Positions 58,739-64,000 of a DNA stretch of 64,000 nucleotides are shown one piece after another. Position numbers and translations under genes: made by a program. The notes beneath the pieces are model-generated. The model ran no database searches. It worked only from the letters and a program-made list of their open reading frames with translations, and was not told where the DNA came from. The number at the start of each line of letters is the position of its first letter. Positions within the stretch are counted from its first letter, which is position 1. Source of the DNA: Candidatus Multivoradales bacterium (GTDB lineage Bacteria > Acidobacteriota > Thermoanaerobaculia > Multivoradales > JAHEKO01); the NCBI GenBank assembly GCA_965248055.1, contig CBDFIJ010000004.1, positions 2,272,001 to 2,336,000 on the forward strand. The letters are read 5' to 3'.

Positions 58739-61423
58739 TCACCCCGTTCTTTTCCGCCTCGACATGGATTCAATCCAGTCCTTGAAACGCTTGACGTCTT
58801 TCTGCACATCATTTTCGAAGTCTGGAGTCTCCTCTTGCAACGGACCTGCCTCGTCATGAACGTAGAGAGAGCACTTCGCCATGGCTTCTGAAATCTCCTT
58901 GACATCGTCCTCGGTTATGTCGGTAAGACGTTTTAGTCGCTGGGTCTCGACGCCTCGACGAAAGCGCTGCACAACACCATTGAGAAGGCGCTCTTCAATT
59001 CCACGCTCCCACGAATTTCTGAGGAGCTTGTAGACGCGTTCTACGCCTTCTCTGTAGGCACTCTCATCGCCCGACTCCCAGGCCGGTCTAAGTTCACGAA
59101 CTCTGTGCTCCAAAAGTTTCACACGTGCGCTCACTCGCATTCCATCCCACGACGCACCGTCCACCACAACTCCGAAACCCTGACTCCCTCGTTCGAGGTG
59201 AACGACAGAAACGGGCTTACTAGCCGAGCTGTCTCCCTCGGTTAGCTGTGACAAGAACACGTTGTCGTGTGTGAAGACGATGACCTGCCTTTGCTCCGAT
59301 TCCTTCCGCAGTCGTCTTGCGACTTGCTTGCGCCACCTGTGGTCGAGAGAAGATACAGGATCATCGAAGACGAGTGCCGACCTATGTTGCGCTACCGCAA
59401 GCTCTGCGAGAAAACCGGCAAGCGCAACACACGTTTGTTCACCCTCGCTGAGGACGCGGCGAAGCTTCACATCCGGTTGAGCGACAAACTGTGCTCGGAA
59501 CTGTGGAGTCCCTTGACGAGACCCTGTCGGTGCTAGCTCAACCTGGGCTGTCCGTACCCGGAGCTCGACGAGTTCCTTGAAGAACTGCTCGCGTAAACGA
59601 TTCGTGACCTCCGATTCCGCCATCTTTGAACTCTTCCGACTGACCTTCGTCGTGCCAGCACTCTTGACGGCCCGGTCGATCCGAAACAGCCGATTTAGGT
59701 GCTGTACCTCGTCCTCGACGACGGGCAAGAACTTCCCTAACTCACGTCGGGCCTCTAGCTCCGCCTTTTCGGATTCATGCACCGCGCGCACCTCGGTCTG
59801 CGCGGACTTTTCGATTTCCTTGATGCGTGCGTCGAGCTTCGGAGTGCGCTTTTGAAGGTCCGCAACTGGGCCGGTACCGATGTCCTCGGTTGGAAAGCTC
59901 CCTCTCCCCTCACAGGCGCGCAACGCTGCCCGACGCTTTAACCGCGCACACACCACAAATCGCCTCACCGAGTCCGATAGCTGTTCGCCGACCGGCTGAA
60001 CCAGGCGCCTCGAACTCGACGGCATCTTCAGTTCTTCGAGCTTGCGTTTTTCCTGCTCGAAGCGCTGGCGTGCTGTCTGGGCTTCTTGCTCCGTGTTGGC
60101 ACGAACAAAGCTCTCGAATGCCTCAAGTCGTTCTTGAGCGTCAACAGCGAGCGGCTGCTGGCAAAGAACACACAAAGCCTCTTTCCCGACCACGGGAAAC
60201 TCGCTATCCGGATACGCTTTCTCCAACGAGAACCTACGCGCGGCTTTCCAGAGTTCTCTCCAGGGTGAACTACCGACACCCTCCAGAGGCTGCTCGGCGA
60301 ATAGGTTGGACGCAGCCAGACGAGCAGCTTCCGTCTTGGTTGCGGCGTCCCGCAGAGCTTCTTCAAGGGCCGCGATTCGGTGTGCCGAAACTCCCTTGGC
60401 GACAGCCTCCACCAGCTGAAGAACTTGGGTGAACTCACGCTTCCTCTGGCGAGACTCCGTCGCCGCCTTCGCTGAGTTCTGCGACAAGACCTCCTGAAGC
60501 CAGGTGAGACGCTCGGATTCTTCAGCCGACAGCGTTCCTAGTCGGCGCAGTGCAGCTAGGTCGCTGTCGTGTTTGAGGCTCGCCAAGCCACTACCCGCTT
60601 CGGTTTGTCGGCCCAGGTCGTCTATCTTGCGGCTTAACTCGTTGGAAGCTCTCGCTTCTTCTATAGTGCGTTCACTTTGGAGTTGCTGTTTGACGCGACT
60701 GCAGAGCTCTCCAAGCTGCTGCAGAATCTCGAGTACATAGGGAGTGAAGACGACGTCGTTTTTGTCCGTCACCTGGACCAACGCACATCTCGAGTCGAAG
60801 ACTTGTACGAATGGGAGCTCCGGCGCTGTCGGCTCTCCCTCTGCCCACTCAAGCGTCTTCTCTACATCTCCAACTCGAAAGTGGATGGTCGCTTTCGGTT
60901 GGGTCTCCTCTTCCGGGGCATCCTCAAAGGCGTTCGGAATCAGTTTTCCACCGCGGTCCCGAGCTCTACACACCCGCTTGAGAATACGAGCGTAGCCAGA
61001 TTTGCCGCTCGCGTTGTCGCCGTAGACGACAGTGAGCCCGGAAACCTCGAAGGAGAGAGTCTGGTCTCCGGCCAATGCGTCGACGCTCCGAACGCCTTCG
61101 ACCTTGATGAGTGTGACCGGAGCAGTGATCTCCTCGCCCCTCGGAAGGTCTTGAGCAGCAAGAGGAACGGCAACGGGCGGCTCCTTGCCTACCCGCGCCG
61201 GAACGGCTGTCGATCTGCCGAAAGGCAACCCGTGTTCGAGCCGACAGAGCTCAAGAATCTCGGCGAACTCTTCGTCAGTCAGGGTCTCTGTGACGATGCT
61301 CCGCAGGCCATGGCGCTGCCACTCCGGTAAGCTAATGGACCAGTTGAAGAGATCCTGTAGCGTCGTCGCACGGATTTTAGGGATTCTCTTGTTCATTCGA
61401 TAAAGGAATGCTGTGAGCGACAC
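58739..61423 (-). CDS. Rad50/RloC-like ABC ATPase with zinc hook (AAA_13-like), candidate defence protein
   Basis: YGDNASGKS, coiled coils, CVLCQQ, LSEGE, VFDDPVSSLD, VFTH. Confidence 0.8.
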   Translation of the reverse strand: MSLTAFLYRMNKRIPKIRATTLQDLFNWSISLPEWQRHGLRSIVTETLTDEEFAEILELCRLEHGLPFGRSTAVPARVGKEPPVAVPLAAQDLPRGEEITAPVTLIKVEGVRSVDALAGDQTLSFEVSGLTVVYGDNASGKSGYARILKRVCRARDRGGKLIPNAFEDAPEEETQPKATIHFRVGDVEKTLEWAEGEPTAPELPFVQVFDSRCALVQVTDKNDVVFTPYVLEILQQLGELCSRVKQQLQSERTIEEARASNELSRKIDDLGRQTEAGSGLASLKHDSDLAALRRLGTLSAEESERLTWLQEVLSQNSAKAATESRQRKREFTQVLQLVEAVAKGVSAHRIAALEEALRDAATKTEAARLAASNLFAEQPLEGVGSSPWRELWKAARRFSLEKAYPDSEFPVVGKEALCVLCQQPLAVDAQERLEAFESFVRANTEQEAQTARQRFEQEKRKLEELKMPSSSRRLVQPVGEQLSDSVRRFVVCARLKRRAALRACEGRGSFPTEDIGTGPVADLQKRTPKLDARIKEIEKSAQTEVRAVHESEKAELEARRELGKFLPVVEDEVQHLNRLFRIDRAVKSAGTTKVSRKSSKMAESEVTNRLREQFFKELVELRVRTAQVELAPTGSRQGTPQFRAQFVAQPDVKLRRVLSEGEQTCVALAGFLAELAVAQHRSALVFDDPVSSLDHRWRKQVARRLRKESEQRQVIVFTHDNVFLSQLTEGDSSASKPVSVVHLERGSQGFGVVVDGASWDGMRVSARVKLLEHRVRELRPAWESGDESAYREGVERVYKLLRNSWERGIEERLLNGVVQRFRRGVETQRLKRLTDITEDDVKEISEAMAKCSLYVHDEAGPLQEETPDFENDVQKDVKRFKDWIESMSRRKRTG

Positions 61424-61698
61424 CTCGAAGAGCTGTTGTGACAGTTGAAGCCGAACATGACGCCTACTATCGCATGGTAACGAAGTCCCTCAACCGGGAG
61501 TGAGAAACTAGACAGTTAAGGTTCGGAATTCGGTGTGACGCGGTTTTCAGGAGATAGCGGATACCAATTGCTCCGGCAGCGAAGCGACCCAGGCGAAGCT
61601 CCCCCATCTAACGGTCTGAATCGGAACGCTGTGCCAAGCGCTAACTTCTCCAGAGAATAGCGTGGCCCCCCTATCTACATTTGTGTCTGTACTTACTC

Positions 61699-62541
61699 CT
61701 ACAGAGTTTGTTTTTCGAAACTCCCGCCTTGCGTCGCTTTGTGGAACCAATCTTGCCAGGTTTGAATTGCCAATAGAGGAACCTGTCCATGAACGCCAGA
61801 GAGGAGGAAGGGTGACGACGGATGGTAGAGGCCTCGGAGGAGGAGTTCCACTACCGTAGGGGTGGCGAAACGCGGGGTAACGTACCAGGTATCTAGGTTT
61901 CGTTCCTTGAGGGCGTGCAGGAGTTGCCAGAGTTCCGCTGAAGGGCCATCGTAACCGCCCTCGCGCATTCCCTCTTTCGGCGAGACGTAAGTGTAGCCGT
62001 GAAAACGAACAACCGGCTGGGGCAGTTGTTGAGCGCGGTCATTGTGCATAACTAGCCAAGCCCTGCACTCTTCATCAATAAACAGAATCGGAGCATAGCC
62101 TTGGTCCAAGAGACGGCCAATCCTTTGCTGATCCCAGAGGAAGTATTCGAAAGCTGAGAGCGACCACGAGTCGTCAAGATCCGCTTCGATGAACTCAAGC
62201 CTAACCATTTGATCCTTGTGGAGCTTATCCATCCAGGGTCTTGGGAATGATGCCGTGCCATCCTCTACGCGAAGAATCCTTTCAATGTCGGTTTCGCCGT
62301 AAAAATCGGCCATCGCTCGTGGTGTGAGATTAAAGACAGACTTGCGAAGGAAAGCATGATTTTGGCCGAGGCATCTTCGGTAGGCGTTGACTTGGTCAGG
62401 GTGTTGCTGACCATGGTCGAACTCTTCGCGTTGTTCTTTTCGATGTTCTCTCCAGACGTGAAATACATTTCTTGCCAACATGACTAGGCCGGTGACACCG
62501 TCTAAAGCTTGCATAAATAGGCTCCTATGGTTGCTATCCAA
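61699..62541 (-). CDS. Hypothetical protein
   Basis: 280-aa ORF; AGGAG RBS before an internal Met; no recognised motif. Confidence 0.55.
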   Translation of the reverse strand: MDSNHRSLFMQALDGVTGLVMLARNVFHVWREHRKEQREEFDHGQQHPDQVNAYRRCLGQNHAFLRKSVFNLTPRAMADFYGETDIERILRVEDGTASFPRPWMDKLHKDQMVRLEFIEADLDDSWSLSAFEYFLWDQQRIGRLLDQGYAPILFIDEECRAWLVMHNDRAQQLPQPVVRFHGYTYVSPKEGMREGGYDGPSAELWQLLHALKERNLDTWYVTPRFATPTVVELLLRGLYHPSSPFLLSGVHGQVPLLAIQTWQDWFHKATQGGSFEKQTL

Positions 62542-62900
62542 AGTTGTTCTTGACGAAGATTGAGACGGGTAGGGTTTTCGTTATTCTCTGTCAAGCAATC
62601 GAAACGCCCTCCAAATATTCGAGTGGCACCGAAGTCCGCTCCCATCTCTCGATAATAGCGTTACCGTTGACCGATCAGAATTTTCGACATCAGGGGAACA
62701 GCTTTGTTCTTGCCGAGGAAGTCGTGAGAGCTCGCGAAGTCCCCGACATTCGAGCCCCAGCTGGAAGCTCCTTCGGAGAAGGCGGATCGACACCGGGCAA
62801 GATCTTCCAGCCTGATTTCGGTGGATTACAGGAGTTCAAATTCGAGGCGTTGTCAACGTAGACAAAACTCAAGATCGCGCTACCCTGAAGAGATCTTCAT

Positions 62901-63368
62901 ATGCGCGATAGATATCTTAGAAAACTACAAATCAAGCTGGTGGATGGGGAGTTTGACAACCCCATAAACGAGCAGATCCGGGACCCGAGTCAGGTCTACG
63001 GGATTTTTCGAGACATCAAGGACAAGTCTCAAGAGACGCTCCTCGGGCTCTATTTGAGTGAGAACCAGAAAGCCAATGTGTACTCGGTGTTAAGCGTTGG
63101 CAGCAGCCATGAGGCGCTATGCTCACCTGAGGAGATTTTCAGACACGCGTACCTGACAAGTTCCAAGACGTTCGTCCTGATTCACAATCACCCGGGTGGC
63201 GATCCGTCACCGTCCGAAAACGACCGAGAAGTCATCCGCATTCTCGAACGCCAATCGAAGATACTGAACTTTCGTTTCCTCGATTTCATCATCGTTGGCA
63301 AAGACGTGTATTGGAGCCTCTTTGAGGAGACGATGGAGGGCGGTGAGTATGCGCTTGGGAGGATGTGA
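62901..63368 (+). CDS. RadC-like JAB domain protein
   Basis: QETLLGLYL, HNHPGGDPSPSEND, FLDFIIVG. Confidence 0.9.
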   Translation: MRDRYLRKLQIKLVDGEFDNPINEQIRDPSQVYGIFRDIKDKSQETLLGLYLSENQKANVYSVLSVGSSHEALCSPEEIFRHAYLTSSKTFVLIHNHPGGDPSPSENDREVIRILERQSKILNFRFLDFIIVGKDVYWSLFEETMEGGEYALGRM

Positions 63369-63462
63369 GGAACGCGGTCGTGCTCCCAAGAATTGGTCAA
63401 TTAGTTTTGTTGACGAGTGCAACGCTACTCGCCAGTATATGGCTGTCCGCTAGCCTCGTGAT

Positions 63463-64000
63463 TCAGGATATTGGGCCCGTTTCAAAGCCCCACAGAATCC
63501 ACCGCCCTGGAATCCAGACTAGATCCAAGTAATCTTCCGAACCTCCAGCGGAATACTTATTGTAGAAGAGGCTGACTCGTGCTTTGAATGGGTTCGATCG
63601 GACAAAAGTTATGTCCAAGTGATAACAAGTTGCCCATTGCAAGGTCTCTCTTTTCGTTGGTTCGATGATGGACTTTGAACATGAGTGCAGATCTGGGCTC
63701 CATACTCCCAGTTTTTCCGCCTCTTGTTTTGGAAGGAGGGTTCCATTGTGACTCGCCAACCACTCTTCGTAGGCAGGCAGGTCGTCTGCCAGCAAACGTA
63801 CCGTCGACTCACCTAGTATTTCGACAAAAGGCTTCTGAATAACACCATCGTAGAAATTTCCGCGTGTAGCAGCATCTGCCAAGATTTTGGTCTCCACTTC
63901 CCTTAAAAGGCGCGGCAAATCACGGGCCAATGCTCGATCTTTGAGAATAACCCAAGATCCAGCTTGGACCACAACCATGATGGCAAAGATCCCGAAAGCG
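63463..64000 (-). CDS. Hypothetical protein (5' end probably outside the window)
   Basis: ORF of at least 171 aa, open toward the window end. Confidence 0.45.
   Translation of the reverse strand, partial: AFGIFAIMVVVQAGSWVILKDRALARDLPRLLREVETKILADAATRGNFYDGVIQKPFVEILGESTVRLLADDLPAYEEWLASHNGTLLPKQEAEKLGVWSPDLHSCSKSIIEPTKRETLQWATCYHLDITFVRSNPFKARVSLFYNKYSAGGSEDYLDLVWIPGRWILWGFETGPIS

Larger units (their letters stand above)
37137..64000. mobile_element. tRNA-Arg-integrated composite genomic island (extends past the window end)
   Basis: att fragment, tyrosine integrase, serine recombinase, RadC, VirD4-like and defence-like cargo; no second att or intact tRNA inside the window. Confidence 0.75.

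Noticed and set aside
58270-61330. Long alternative-frame ORFs (58270-58905, 59827-60432, 60677-61330) and similar shadow ORFs elsewhere
   Set aside because: They overlap well-supported genes and have no motifs; typical shadows in GC-rich DNA.
62544-62872. Small ORFs between the hypothetical gene and the second radC
   Set aside because: Conflicting overlapping frames with no recognisable domain; no call can be supported.

Overview
Bacterial genomic window; the gene content (ECF sigma modules, TonB receptors, zf-HC2/TPR proteins) is compatible with an Acidobacteriota-like host, which is inference only. Positions 1-37113 are mostly chromosomal backbone: M1, M3B and tandem M48 peptidases, a ba3-type heme-copper oxidase operon including an unannotated 35-aa subunit IIa, an IS3-family element inserted into a copper-type TonB receptor gene, TA-like modules next to a 538-bp duplication, two ECF sigma operons, an ABC exporter, glnA, TonB, a GCL-CBS protein and VIT1. 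From 37137 to the window end lies a genomic island. It begins at a duplicated 3' half of tRNA-Arg(ACG) next to a tyrosine integrase whose catalytic Tyr appears replaced by Cys. Its main cargo (39.1-48.7 kb) is an apparent operon: cupin, class V PLP aminotransferase, HTH protein, AlaX-like editing protein, large Rossmann-fold protein, second AlaX, and a complete PheS/PheT pair. The PheS amino-acid pocket is heavily remodelled while the PheT anticodon-binding residues look largely conserved, suggesting a mobile non-canonical aminoacylation or resistance system. Nested serine-recombinase elements with att-like repeats, a stop-interrupted UvrD, RadC, a VirD4-like ATPase and an RloC/Rad50-like ATPase follow.
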